A DNA stretch of 57,229 bases from Welwitschia mirabilis (GCA_051453625.1 JBOZIK010000001.1:20367356-20424584), one strand, 5' to 3'; positions 1-14,040 are shown, numbered from the stretch's first letter. Translations and numbers: made by a program. Notes: generated by a model from the letters alone, not told the origin.

Positions 1-53
1 TGTAAAACAACTCAAAATACCTTATCAAATACACTTAAGTTGGCATCGCAACA
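1..53 (-). mobile_element. Terminus of an Athila-type LTR; the element continues left of the window
   Basis: 1-53 (aaaacaactcaaaataccttatcaaatacac...ggcatcgcaaca) resembles 10861-10911 (aaaagtacttaaaatacctgattcaatac...agcatcacaaca). The minus strand starts TGTTGCGATGC. Confidence 0.55.
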
Positions 54-63
54 AGCTCATTAT

Positions 64-330
64 TTTGTTAAGGGACTAATAAAAGTTTGAGTATGGGAGA
101 AACTCATGAAGTAAAATGTTTTAATTTTGTAACATGATTTCATCAAATTCATTAATTTTTTCTAAATATCTTATTTACTTTTATTACATTATGGATTAAA
201 AATGTTTCAATTTTTAAAGTTAGCATAACTACTATGGTATAAGTCTCAAAATTACTTTATCATTAATTGACTATTTGTAAGAGTGAATAATATCTAATTA
301 ATTAAAACTATTTTATAACAAAAGGTTGTA
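64..330 (+). mobile_element. Athila-like pre-PPT/PPT and start of a decayed 3' LTR
   Basis: ttgttaagggactaataaaagtttgagtatgggaga resembles the Athila 3' boundary (TTGCT..GGACTAGCAAAAG..TAAGTGTGGGGG) with transition decay. Right end is a guess. Confidence 0.4.
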
Positions 331-799
331 ATCCTTAGTTTGTAACATCGTATCCTTTCATCTTGATTCTTAAGCCTATGAAGTTAGGTGAGGTGGATAG
401 ACTAGGTAGATATAACCAACAGCAACTGCAGCTAATTCCTAAGGGCCATAGAAGGGGGCCTAAGGTCATAGTCCATGCCTTTACCTTTGATGACCAGTCT
501 AAGACTAGAACAAGACATAGAGGTGATATCATTGCTATTATATTTTAATGTTATATAAATAAAAAGATACTTCATTTATGCCATTGATTTTCCATTAAAT
601 TCCTTATTTTTAATTTCTAAGATTTCTCATTAAAATCTAAAGTCCAATCCTAATTCAGTAATTTGGAACATTAAAATTAATATCAAAGCTAATAAAGGTA
701 GTAAATTACTATCTTTCAGATCCATATAAAATAAAGAAAAAAAAAATGAAGAAGAAAGATACACAATTTCTTTTATTATTCAAATGCAATATAAAACAA

Positions 800-3250
800 G
801 GCAGTATGATAAGGAGATATAAGAAGCTCAAAAGTAGACATCTAATACTAGTGAGGGGAAATAGAAATAAAGTCTCATTAGAAGGAGGAAAATCATTGGA
901 CAAACATAAAGCATACTTTTAACCTTCCATGGAATTAGCTGTTTGTTCTACATCAATTGATCTAACATCAATAGTAGGAACCTATAGAGACAGATAAATG
1001 GCCCAACCCATAGAATCCAAAGATGATGACATCCGAATAAACTTACAAGAAACTAGAAAAGGATTCCAATATAACTTCATGTAAAGTTTACTATAAGCTA
1101 CTAAATTACTGAGTAGATGCTCCTAAGAAAACTCGTCATCATGATATATGACCACAATATCTTCTATAGTAATAGCCAAATGGTCTACATAAATATAAAT
1201 CATCTGTTCACTCTTAGTCAGTCACACAAAAAAATGGCCATGCTAGGCTTCCAAAGCTACCAATTGAGAAGCATTCATCCTTGACTTCTTCTCAAAAAGA
1301 CATAAATTTTTCACTTAATTCTATAGAAATAAGAAGGATTAGTACAAAATAAGAGGATATTATATTCAAATAAATGAATGAGAAAATAACATTATCTCAA
1401 TCATGCAGAAGGTATTATTTATAATCTATTGTTGCTCAAGCCTATGGCGTGTCATGCACTAAAAAGATTTTAGTATATCTATTAAATTTTAAAAATCCTT
1501 CACCTGTTGTGGCCATTCTCGCTAAAGAATATAATGAAGAGTGAAACAATCTCTACGACTTAACTCGTAGTTATAAGAAAAGTTGCCCACATGAGAATGA
1601 TAGGATGAATTAACATCATCTAGGTATGAAGGATGAGTTACTTGAATATGAAGCATATTCCAAATAACCTAAAACTCCCTAATTTGGTCTAGTAATTCCT
1701 TGACCTATGTAATAAGGGACTTGAGCACTGAGAGTATCTTATTTGTCTAGTACATAACCTAACTTGCCTTATTAACAATGCTCATAGATGTAATAGGAGG
1801 ACAAGGAAAAGATTGTGTAACTTATTCTATGACTAGTAGATCTTGTGGCCTAAAATAAGGAAAATAAGGATATAATAGGAAATGTCCCCTCCTTGAGATG
1901 ATGTATCATTAAAATCCAAAAAATCATCATTAATATCTAGATCTAAGTTTAAAATTAATCATGAGAGCTATAAGAAAAGGAGAATATAAAACCACTTACT
2001 TTAATAGCTTACTCCCTTAGCTATTTTATATGTTCTATAACATGTAAGGGGTAAACTCCACCTCCACTTCATCTACAATAGGTAGAGTCTTTAAACCCTA
2101 TAAAAAGGAAGTAAAAAACACTTGCTTCTTGTTAAATGAAAGTAAGTAAGAAAGAAATCAATGTCCGTAATAAAATAATAAAGAATAAAACTCACCCCAT
2201 GAGTTTGAGTACAATGACAAAAGCTAAGAGATAGATCCTCCTTATTTACCTAGTAAGAAATTAGTTGTACCATGTCATTGTCCTTGCAAGGATGCAAGAA
2301 GTTCTAAAAACTAGAAGTAGTAACTCTATTCATATAACACCATATAAAAACAAACCATAATGTTAGATTCTTATTGAAAGAATAAGTGAACAAAATCCCT
2401 GCCTTAGATAAAATAAAGAAAGTACCCTCAGGATAATCCTAGGATCATGTAAATCCAAACCTTCTTCTTCCACTATACTAGGAGAGCATGAGTGAAGTAA
2501 CATTTAGTAGGGTACATTTTTTGCATGTATAAAAAAAGAGGGATAAGTTCAAGAAGAAGAAGACAATGGATATAAACTTTTAGACCTAGTGCTTGCAAAG
2601 TATAGCTTTAATAGCACATGTCCACATAAATACTTCCCCCTTTCTCCACTTCTTTTAAGATGAATAAGTTGGCCAAGGTAGAAGATAAAATAGCAGATGC
2701 CCAATTAAAATAAATACCCCTAACAACAAAAGAGGTTAAATACATAAAGTAATGGGGGAATTTGCTAGAATGATCATGAAGAAAGGCATGGTAAGCAATC
2801 AATTACTCACAAGTAGCATAATAAGGAGTCATGAAATTATTAGTAGTTACACCATGCCTATGGGTATCTATTTCCCTTATAAAAACAGATTTATCTAATT
2901 ATTTAAAGAATAAATCTCTAAAATCAAAATTTAAGCAAGTTGCCTTAAAAGAAATGTTATTTTCCTCACTTAAACCTAAATTCAAATGAATACTCTCCTC
3001 TAAGATAAAGATAAGGCCATGTATAGGTTGCAAAATGGTATTATTTTGAAAATCAAAAGAAGCATATGGGGAATCTAAGATATACAATATGGTAAGATGT
3101 CAAAGGAGGAAAAAAGAAAAACCATAAATATTAATTAGATTAAAAGAAAATACCTAAGAAAAACCTCATTGCAAATCCCTCTTTGGAATCTTTAATTCAA
3201 CAAAATGAACATTAGTGGAATTCGAAGAAAGATGAGGAAAAAAATGCTAT
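800..3250 (-). pseudogene. Decayed retrotransposon-associated extra (env-like/accessory) ORF
   Basis: Minus-strand frames read as protein broken by stops, e.g. PHYFMYLTSFVVRGIYFNWASAILSSTLANLF (ORF 2608..2802). A G-x-x-FNWA motif is common in plant LTR-element accessory ORFs. Family not identified. Confidence 0.4.
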
Positions 3251-3629
3251 TTCATACCTAAAATAGTGAAGTAAGAAGAAGTTGAGGAAGGAAAGATAAA
3301 ATATAAGTAAGATTCTATAATATATATATATATATAAAAGTACAACCTGATGTCACCTACAAGAAAAGGAATCCATTAAGAAAAGGATTAAAAAAGTAAT
3401 ACAAAAAGATTTAAATAAAAGAATCAAAGAAATAAAATATAGTAATACCTGAAAGAAGAAGGGGTTTGGATAACTTCACATGTAAAAGAAAATAAAAAAT
3501 GAAAATTGCAATGCCTATTTATGATTAAAAAATCCTAGGGTTAAACTGATCCTTTCACTTTAGTAAGAAAATTAAACACAATCTAGTTAGCTTAAGGTAA
3601 AGAGTCTATCCCAACCATACTTAAGAAAA

Positions 3630-4615
3630 CATGACATCATGCTTAAAAGGCCCCCTCTATGATGTCACAATTACCATAGGAAACATAACATCATGCTTGA
3701 AGGGTCCCATCTTTAACAGCATAATTACCCTAAAAAACTCAACACTGCACTTGAAGGACCCCACATTCAATCTCATAGTTGTCCTAAAAACTCAACATCA
3801 TACTTAACAGGTCCTACCTCCAATATCATATTTGTTAAAGAAAGCCTGATGTTGTACTTGGATGACTAAAACCTGATGTTGTAGTTGAACTATGAAAGCC
3901 TAACATTATACTTGACTAACTAAAGCATAACATCATACTTGATCCCTAGAGGTATAATGTTGCACTTAGTTCACTGGAGGCCTAATGTTGCACTTAAATC
4001 TTGGAGGCATGACATTGCACTTGGTCTACTAAAGCTTAACATTACACTTAATCCTCGGAGTGCTGATGTNNNNNNNNNNNNNNNNNNNNNNNNNNNNNNN
4101 NNNNNNNNNNNNNNNNNNNNNNNNNNNNNNNNNNNNNNNNNNNNNNNNNNNNNNNNNNNNNNNNNNNNNACAATTACCATAGGAAACATAACATCAGGCT
4201 TGAAGGGTCCCATCTTTAACATCATAATTACCCTAAAAAACTCAACACTACACTTGAAGGACCCCACATTCAATCTCCTAGTGGTCCTAAAAACTCAACA
4301 TCATACTTGACAGGTCCTACCTCCAATATCATATTTGTTAAAGAAATCCTGATGTTGTACTTGGATGACTGAAACCTGATGTTGTAGTTGAACTATGAAA
4401 GCCTAACATTATACTTGACTAACTAAAGCACAACATCATACTTGATCCCTAGAGGTATAATGTTGCACTTGGTTCACTGGAGGCCTAATGTTGCACTTAA
4501 ATCTTGGAGGCATGACATTGCACTTGGTCTACTAAAGCTTAATATTACACTTAATCCTCGGAGTGTTGATGTCATACTCAACCTTCTGAAAGCTTAACAT
4601 TACACTTAACCACTA
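3630..4615. repeat. Degenerate ~27-bp tandem array (core RAYRTYRYACTT), partly duplicated across an N gap
   Basis: Units such as aacatcatacttgatccctagaggtat / aatgttgcacttagttcactggaggcct / gacattgcacttggtctactaaagctt. 3669-4069 reappears at 4170-4570. Confidence 0.85.
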
Positions 4616-7600
4616 GATAGTAAGGGGCTAACCCACTTACTATCATATATAGCATAGATAATCTTAGCATTTATAAGTTTAATAATTTTATCTTTGGCTA
4701 CTTGCTTAAGCGATGAGTTAAGCCTTCATTAGGATTGCTTAACTGGTTTAGCATTATCTTCAAGGTACATTTTGTGTTAAACTATAGAAAGAGGAATGGT
4801 AGCTAAAAATTTATGGGTCTAAGCAAAAGCATTTTCCTTAGAAGTTAAAATTTAGACTAAATTGGATTCTTGTTGAGGAGTAAGGAGTTCACTTATTACT
4901 AAAGGTTTCTTCAGATTGTTGGATAAAAAAATCTATTTTATATCTTTGAATAACTCTTTCAGTACTAAGTTGTAATCTTTAATTTTTGTTGCTAAATTAT
5001 CATCATTGACTATTATCTTGGATCATTGACTATCATCCTAGACTGTTATCTAGATGACTATAGTAGATGACACCCCTCAAAAAGGTTTTTCGTTGAATTC
5101 ATATGTTGGATTTCTTTCAAGTTTAAAACTTTGTCATTCTCATGATCGAGACAGTGTATTTCAATTGGGTAATCATATAAGGTAAATTCATGTAGCATTT
5201 TCAATCTCTTCTCAATTGGGCGATATGATAAAAAAAAGTTAGTTTAAGTTCTTCTTATAAATTACACTCATCTCTTGTTTCTTTTTCAGTAGCATCAAAA
5301 ACTCTAATGATGAAGTTCTTATTTCCTACATCACATTCCATCATTCTAGTTTATGTATCAATAATACAATGGGCAATTGCACAAAAGACTCTTTTTAAGA
5401 GTAGTGGATAACCTCCATCATGTTCTACTTTAATAATAACCACATCTATGAGGTAGAAGACTTCCTCTATTTGTATAACTAAGTCTTTAATGATTCCCAG
5501 ATCTTCTTAAGTGAAGTATTATATAATTCTATGGTGATTTGTATAGGTTTTGTTCTATTTTCCTATCTAAGTCTTTTACATATGTGAAAATACATGATGT
5601 TTACACTTGCTACTATGTTATTTATATCCTTTGTAATTCTCTTTTTTCCTTTTAAACTAATACTTACTATTGATGCTTTAGAATTTTTAAATTTAGGACA
5701 TTTTTCATGATTAAGTTGTAGATATATTGAGCAAGAAATACCTTAGTAGGAATGGTATGTTTTTGTTTTCTTCTAACTAGGTTTTTCCACAAATTAGCAT
5801 ACCTATGATTTTCTTTCAAGAGTTTTCAAAAAGGTAAGTTGATGTTTACTTCTTACATCAAGGCTTTTAAGTGTTCATCATAGGTAGGATTCATGTTTAC
5901 CTATCAAGCCAAGGGGTAAATGGTTTCTTCCCTTTGTTTTCTTATGAAGAATCTTTCATGGAAAGCTTATCATTTAAAATTAAAGAGAAGTTGTATGTGT
6001 CTAAAATTTCTATATCATCTTATTTCTTATTTTTTTGGTTATTTTTGGAGCTTGAAGCCTTATGAGTAGAAGGTGTTGTATGATGTCCACTTCTAGTTAC
6101 TACCTTTAAATCTTTCTTAACTTCATTTTGATTAGGTAATTGTTGAGATTCTAAAAACTCTTGTGATTTTTGATTAGCTAATATTTTTTGTTAAAGCATA
6201 TTCACTAATTTTTCAATATTGTTATTGGTCTTTTCTTACATTTTTTTTTAATCTTCTATTTTTATCTCTAAGTGGATCACTTTTATTTAGGTGAAGGTTT
6301 GAGGTGCTTCGCTAAAAATTAGAGTTATTTGGTTGGAAGTTTAAATTCCTAAATCTATTTTTAAANNNNNNNNNNNNNNNNNNNNNNNNNNNNNNNNNNN
6401 NNNNNNNNNNNNNNNNNNNNNNNNNNNNNNNNNNNNNNNNNNNNNNNNNNNNNNNNNNNNNNNNNATGTCAATCAAGGCTTTTCTAATTCTCTTGTTTCA
6501 TTTCAAAGTAACACTCACTTTTGCTGCCAGGTTCTTTGAATTTAGGACTTTTTTTCTAAACCAAGTTGGAGATAGATTGAGCAAGGAAGACCTTACTAAG
6601 AATGATACATTTTTATTTTCTTCTAACTAGATCTTTATACAACTTATCATACTTAGAATTTTCTTACAAGAGTTTTAAAAAAGATAAGTTGATGTTTACA
6701 TCTTGCATCAAGGCTTTCAATTATTCATCATGGGTAGGATTCNNNNNNNNNNNNNNNNNNNNNNNNNNNNNNNNNNNNNNNNNNNNNNNNNNNNNNNNNN
6801 NNNNNNNNNNNNNNNNNNNNNNNNNNNNNNNNNNNNNNNNNNNNNNNNNNNNNNNNNNNNNNNNNNNNNNNNNNNNNNNNNNNNNNNNNNNNNNNNNNNN
6901 NNNNNNNNNNNNNNNNNNNNNNNNNCTGCCAGGTTCTTTGAATTTAGGACCTTTTTTCTAAACTAACTTGGAGATAGATTGAGCAAGGAAGACCTTACTA
7001 AGAATGATACATTTTATTTTTTCTAACTAGATCTTTACACAACTTACTATACTTAGAATTTTCTTACAAGAGTTTTAAAAAAGATAATTTGATGTTTACA
7101 TCTTGCATCAAGGCTTTCAATTATTCATCATGGGTAGGATTCAAGTTTAACCTATAAGCCAAGAATTAAATGGTTTATTCCCTTTATTTTCTTGTGANNN
7201 NNNNNNNNNNNNNNNNNNNNNNNNNNNNNNNNNNNNNNNNNNNNNNNNNNNNNNNNNNNNNNNNNNNNNNNNNNNNNNNNNNNNNNNNNNNNNNNNNGTA
7301 GGATTCAAGTTTAACCTATAAGCCAAGAATTAAATTGTTTATTCCCTTTATTTTCTTGTGAAGAATTTTTCATGATAGGCTTATCATTTAAGATTAAAGG
7401 GAACTTATAAGTATCTAAAATTTCTACATCATCTTCTTCCTTACATTTTTCATTATTTTTGGAAGTTGAAGCCTTATGGATAGGAGGTATTATATTATTT
7501 TCACTTCTAATTACTACCTTCAAATCTTTCTTAACTTCATTTGGATTGGATAAAGGTTGAGATGCAAGAGATCCTTATGGCCATTGATTAGCTAAAATTA

Positions 7601-9633
7601 TTTCTTGAAGCATATTTACGAAGTTTTCAATATTATTACTAGTCTTTTCTTACATGTTTTTTAATTATTCTATTGAATATCTAAGTGGATTACTCTGATT
7701 TGGTTGAAGATTTGAGGTGCCTGGTTGAAAATTGGAGTTATTTGGTTGGAATTTTGAATTCATGAATCTATTCTTAAAAGGTTTGTAATTTAATTATTCA
7801 CTCAATCTTTGTTGAAATTATAGTTGGCTTTTAAAGTTAAAAGGTCTTTGATTAAATGCACATACTTTCGTAAAATGTCCTTTCTTTATAAGTTGGTAAC
7901 AAGGGGCATTCTTTAGTTGGATGAGAGTTGTCTTCACATATATCACATGTTGAAGTTGTGTTTCCCTCTTTTACTACCTTTGCATTAGTTATCCTTTGAG
8001 TGTACTTCTCCAAGGTGATAGTGAAATCCTTAATTATATTAGTTGAATTACCTTTCTCTTCCTTCTTATCATATTTTACTTTCNNNNNNNNNNNNNNNNN
8101 NNNNNNNNNNNNNNNNNNNNNNNNNNNNNNNNNNNNNNNNNNNNNNNNNNNNNNNNNNNNNNNNNNNNNNNNNNNNNNNNNNNTTATCATATTTTACTTT
8201 CTCTAAGTCTTTGATGATTTGGCCTATGATTTGATCTTTTTTAGAGGTTGGTTTTGGCCAAGTTTGACTTATCTCAACTAAATATTCTAATAACTTCCAT
8301 GCATCATCTAAGGTCAAGTTTATTAATTTGTCATCATAAGAAAAGTCTACAAGTTGTTTAGTTTGACTAGTCAATCCATTATAAAAATAATCTATCAATT
8401 CTTCTTTATGAAATTCATCAATAGGGTTAGAATGAATAGCTATGATAAATCACCCACATGTTATGATATAATTTTCTTNNNNNNNNNNNNNNNNNNNNNN
8501 NNNNNNNNNNNNNNNNNNNNNNNNNNNNNNNNNNNNNNNNNNNNNNNNNNNNNNNNNNNNNNNNNNNNNNNNNNNNNNNNNNNNNNNNNNNNNNNNNNNN
8601 NNNNNNNNNNNNAGTTTTGCTTTTTCTTTAAGTGTGATAAAAAAGATAATCACATAAATATGATCACTAATACATTTCTTCGTATTTCTTGAGGTAAAAA
8701 CAAGTTTTTCAATGTTGGCTAGATGTTGAACAGGGTTTTCTTCAAGTTTCCTCGAAAATGTTAGATATGCACTTAAATTTCTTAATTTTACATCATCACC
8801 AGAAATAAAAAATATTTTGTATTTCATGTTTTCTATTAGCATTTAAATCTCTAAGCGTAGCATTCGCATTTGAAGAAGAAGTTTCTATCATGATTGATGT
8901 ACTAAATGAACCTACTTGTTTTTGTTTTTGTAATGATTTTGACATAGATAAAATAAAAATTAATACAATCTACTTCTATGCTATTATTTTCACAATTTTC
9001 TTTTGCAAAATTTAACTCTAAAATAATAAAAGTAGAAAAATATTCTTCTTCAATTCTTAGAATCTGCATACATAGGGTGTACATATCTGGATTTTGCTCA
9101 AAGTTGAATAAACCTTCTCTGATGTTTTCTTCGATTAAGTTCCACTTTCTCTGATATTTTATCTTTTTACTAGAATTCATCATGTTCCTACATACTTAAA
9201 AAGAAAATGTAATGGCTATCATTTTATATGTCATCCAAATGATATAGGAGACGACTAGCAGATATATGTTGTAGAGAATAGAAAAATGGAACTATGGAAA
9301 AGAAAACAGAAACTAAAGCAGAATTACTGACAGTCATCTGCCTAATCATCTGGATGATAGAGGGGATAATGTACTCTTTATTATGCTAATAAAAATAGAA
9401 AACTTTATTGTTGAAATTAGAAGAAATATGTAAAATACAAACCATCATCTACCTAGTCATGGGAACGATAGAGAGGATCACAGGGCTTATTGACACTACT
9501 AAAATGAAAAATTATGAAAAAATGAACCTATGAAAACTAGAATAGAAATACAATACTATTTCAAATAAATAACTTAAATGGAAATTTAAGATACTTATCT
9601 GAATAGTGATAATCTTGCAACTCCTTGTGACCT

Positions 9634-9653
9634 TACCCAACAATACCATCAAA
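9634..9653 (-). promoter_or_regulatory. Decayed tRNA-Asp primer-binding site
   Basis: tacccaacaataccatcaaa versus the Athila PBS reverse complement tccccggcaacggcgccaaa: mostly transition mismatches, adjacent to the LTR end. Confidence 0.6.
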
Positions 9654-10911
9654 TGTTACGATGTTAATTTATGCAATCTTAAAATCATTAAGCAGATCCT
9701 GTCAATCATAAATGTTTATAAAAAATAAACACTAGTATAGATGCAAGTTAATCCAAATGTTTTAATTTGTTGAAGGAACTAAGCTAGAAGTTAGAGAATT
9801 AATTTCAATAAAGTATTTTTAGTCTTTTTCCTTTAAGTAAATAAAGATAAGAAACAACAAAAATGCAACTCTAGATGAATGATGATGAAATTCTCATAGA
9901 TGAAATTCAAATTTAATGAATCTAAGTAATAAATCTATTTAANNNNNNNNNNNNNNNNNNNNNNNNNNNNNNNNNNNNNNNNNNNNNNNNNNNNNNNNNN
10001 NNNNNNNNNNNNNNNNNNNNNNNNNNNNNNNGATACATGAAATAAAATATGAAGAATGCAAATATAGAAATGCAATATGGAATGAAATGAAATAACAGAT
10101 CTAAACTACTAATGACAATCTTAATAAAGGTTATCCTTATGATCTAGATCAACTATGAAGTTGTCACAAAATCATCACCAATATAAACCATAAGGGATAA
10201 GCACATAATTAAAGTGAAGTAGTTCTTATACTAATCTGGAATTTAAATCAACTTATAAAGCAGCAGCACCTTAATAGAGGATACACAACCCAACATCAAG
10301 GAAGACTTCTATTTGTAGCTAAAGATGGACCTCGTGTCCTTGAATCTCCTATTATAAGAATTCTTGTATAAAAGATGAAATTGGGAGTAAAGGCAAGAGG
10401 ATCATTTATAGTTTTACATTGAAGATTCTAAAATCAAAAAACCTATAAGTTGGGATAAAAAACCTAGCAACCCACATGGGGTACATAACCCTATTACAAA
10501 GGTAATTCATTTCATTCATACAAAGTAGATTTTTATCCTGACAGTCGTCCAGATGAGACTAGGGATGATACCCCGTAATAAGGGATGGGTCATTAACTTC
10601 TAGCCTCGCAGTCAACCCTAGAAATTTAGTCTAAGTTACGATGTGTATTGTCTTAGATGTCATCTGGATGACATAGGGAACAATAAGCTTCTTAAGACTT
10701 CCAATTAAGAGAAATCAGCAATTACATCATTGGTCTTCTCCTTAAAGTTCTAAGTGTCAGAATATGCCTGAAGTACCTCCAAATATGCCTAGATTTCATG
10801 AACATCTCATCGACTCTCCATAATCATTAGAATTTCATCTAAACTTATTTAAATGTTCTATAAAAGTACTTAAAATACCTGATTCAATACATACAATTCA
10901 GCATCACAACA
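9654..10911 (-). repeat. 5' LTR of the Athila element
   Basis: TG...CA ends with imperfect terminal inverted repeats (tgttacgatgtt at 9654; reverse complement of the 10911 end is tgttgtgatgct). Abuts a decayed PBS. Confidence 0.7.
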
Positions 10912-13560
10912 CTGGCACCTACTAAAATATGTGTGTAATGAAATTAGATAGCTTCAAAGTTAAAAAAATTATTTTGAATACTCTATAGGTGAATCGGTTT
11001 TTAACCTAGAGGTTAAAAATATTTTGTTACAATGTTTAAAATGTGGTGAAAATGGACACACAATAGAAAAATATAAGGATGAAAAAGTGGCAAAGAATGA
11101 CTAGCAAGAAGTGAAGAAAAAAGATGATCAAAAGAAACAAGCTTCAATTCCAAATAATGGCCCAATCACAGAAGTAAATAAATTTGATATTCTGTTTAAG
11201 GAAGAATTAGATTACTTAGAGGAAAAAAAGAAAATGAATGTAAAATTTGTGAATAAGAAAATCCTTAGATGAAGCACATTCACAATGCATCAGCATGTTC
11301 ATAAGAACCATAAACCTAACTGTTAAAAGTGAAATAAGGATAGGATGAAAAAGAGAGAAAAAACATAATGGAAAAGCATGTTTGTGACATACAGCCACTA
11401 GTAAAAACATGAAACTTGGAGAGATGGATAGGAGAATCAGAATGAATATCCATAAAGGTAAGATTGAGAAGGAGATGAAGGAGGACATTTGAAATAGTAA
11501 ACAATCTCAACTCTTCTTTTAATGATCATTTCCTAGAATTGTAGAGGCCCTGGAAATGGCCAAAAAATTTTCCATCTTTAAAGTCTGTTAAAGAACTCTC
11601 TAGTATCTTCATGTCCTATTCGAAAAACAAAATTGAATTCTATCAAAATTATTTCACTTGTACAAATTCCTCCTTCTAAATTTTTACATGGTAAATATCA
11701 CTTTATTATAAACCATTCAGGATATGCTAGTTTATAGCCTATATCTAATTGAAATTGGGAACCATAGCTGACTAAATTAGATGCTGATGTTTGAGGCTTT
11801 GATTACTAGCATGATTTCTAAAGAGCTTGGAAAGATAGCTTTTAATCTCTGTTGTAATATTCTCATATGTTAATTTATAATATATATTTACCATTTCTCA
11901 AAAAAAAAGGAAAACTTGAGACTTATATAAAACCAAATTATTACACTTTCTTGGAAAAATCATTGATACAATAAAGAAAATAGTGATTGTTAATGTTTGA
12001 AATAGTGTTTATCTATATACAACAAAGTTCACTAATTACAACTTCCTCTTGGAATCATGATTACATTTTTCAAGTCGTTATTACATGGCCTTACTCAAAA
12101 TGCATGTCTTACACTTCAAATTCTCTAGCTTCAAATCTTCTATAATTCCTATGATATGAGCTACCCTTTTCAATGAAATATGACTAACTCTATCATGTTA
12201 TAGTGCTTATTTTAAAATATTCTATGAATTATGCATCTTTACCACTATAAACTGGAATGTTTATTCTTATGTTTTAACAAATTTCTTTTCCTCCCTAATA
12301 TGTTAATGTCGTACAATTTAAGTATATTATTTTTATTTCTACTTTACTCATGAAAAAAGTATTTTCACATTTGGTCATCTTCACTTAATCATTTGCTACT
12401 ATGATGATGACATTAAGTCCTTTCCAAATCATTGTAGTTAGTGGTAAAAAATTTTGTTTCAATTCAAGAATGCACAACACATCTTTAAGATGTACTTTAA
12501 CTAATTAATCTAAATAGTTTACCAATGCTATTCAAATACCTATTAATAGATTTAAATTCTTATCTACCATTTGGAACCTATTATTTAACATATAGAATAA
12601 GTCCATTTTTTAGAATCATATACTAAGTTGCTTTAGTATCTATTATCCTATAGTGTATTTTAAGAGCTAGAACTAAATTCACACAACCTACTATATTTGC
12701 AAAATCTTTAACTAAACTAGCTTGATCTCATGCTTCAGAAGTTTTACTTGATCTAACTTCTTTTTCATGTATATTTTTTACATGTTTAACGAATATGTAA
12801 ATTTTTTAATTATTGAATATTTTAACACTTCATTCATCTCCTCTACTTACCTCAACTTTCTTCAAAAGTTGGTGATACATGAATTTACAATCAAATGGAT
12901 AATGAGCATTCATCTTACGTATGCTATACGCTCATGTATTTATTCTTAGATCCACATTTTTTATGCTTTTTCTTTTAATCACTAACTTTATCCTAATCTT
13001 ATAACTCATCACATTTAGTTAGCTTATTTACTTACTCGTTACTACCTAAACTTTAGTAAGATTCATCATATATAGAACTAGTTCTAATGCCATTCCATTG
13101 TCATGTATCATACTATTTATTAAGGTTTAATAGGATCTCAATACATGTTTTAAAATTCATAATCTTTAACTTTCCATTAGTTGATAATATCAAGATTACC
13201 TAGTCATATGTTGGGATAACTGAAGTACTCTTAATCAAAAAGGCCCATGTAATACACTGCAACTTGCAGTTCTTATCAATAATCTTCTTAATTCCTCATC
13301 AATCATTAACTACTGATAATGCTTTGCCTTTCCATGAAAATATTGTTCGTCTTACTCAATAAATATGTTAACTTGATGTCTAATTTCTTATGAACATTAC
13401 TTTTAACATTTTTACAAACTCATATGTAATTGTTCATTTTCATATCATCTGATAATGATGTTCATTCATGATTAAAATACTTGAAGGAGATAATACTTAA
13501 TCAATGTTATACTACTTNNNNNNNNNNTTATTATTTCTTCATGACATGATGCTACTAGCA
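10912..13560 (+). mobile_element. Very old L1-type LINE: ORF1 knuckle, ORF2 endonuclease start, RNase H-like tail
   Basis: CLKCGENGHTIEK at ~11034-11075. ORF2 start MIIS*NCRGPGN at 11522 (consensus WNCRGLG). IKILEGDN at ~13470 resembles the RNase H EGD motif. Much shorter than a full ORF2, so internally deleted. Confidence 0.65.
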
Positions 13561-14040
13561 AATGATTTTTTTTCTTTTAGATGACTCCTATGTATCTATT
13601 TAGCTTTAGTTACCAAAAATGAACTTACTATATTATCGCCTAGTTAGATGTATCTTTTAAGATTAAACTCGTATTTTTTCTTTTTAATTAGTTGATGTTT
13701 TCACTATTTTTTAGCACTTTCACTAATCTTGATGTTTTTAGTATTTTTTACTGCTTTTACTTATCTTTAATATCTTAGATCCATTTGATTCTATACTTTT
13801 GAGTTTTTGGAGTTCATGAGCACTACTAAAAAACCTCTCCTCTAAAGCAATAAAATTAGCATTAAGTTTAAACTATTTCAAATGCACCCTTTTGGTTTTT
13901 AATATGTTATGTAGCCACCAAGAGTAATTCACAATTTACGATGTTTAAATAATAAATTTTACCCTATCTAGTAAAATAAAATACTAGTTAAATTAAAAAG
14001 AATTAAACTACACGATTTCACATGTATTAATTAATAAAAA

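Larger units (their letters stand above)
4620..10911 (-). mobile_element. Athila-type Ty3/Gypsy retrotransposon: 5' LTR, PBS, gag, protease, truncated at the RT start
   Basis: Gag IDYFYNGLTSQTKQLVD..DAWKLLE and knuckle CDICEDNSHPTKECP. Protease ASVNIM and YPLLLKRVFCAIAHCIID. RT start LEDNAKPVKQS**RLN...IIYAIYDSKWVSPL ending ~4622. Many stops. Confidence 0.85.

Noticed and set aside
3630-4615. CRISPR-like repeat/spacer pattern and ORFs 3939..4310 / 3971..4273
   Set aside because: A degenerate tandem minisatellite; the ORFs are products of the repeat and the N gap.
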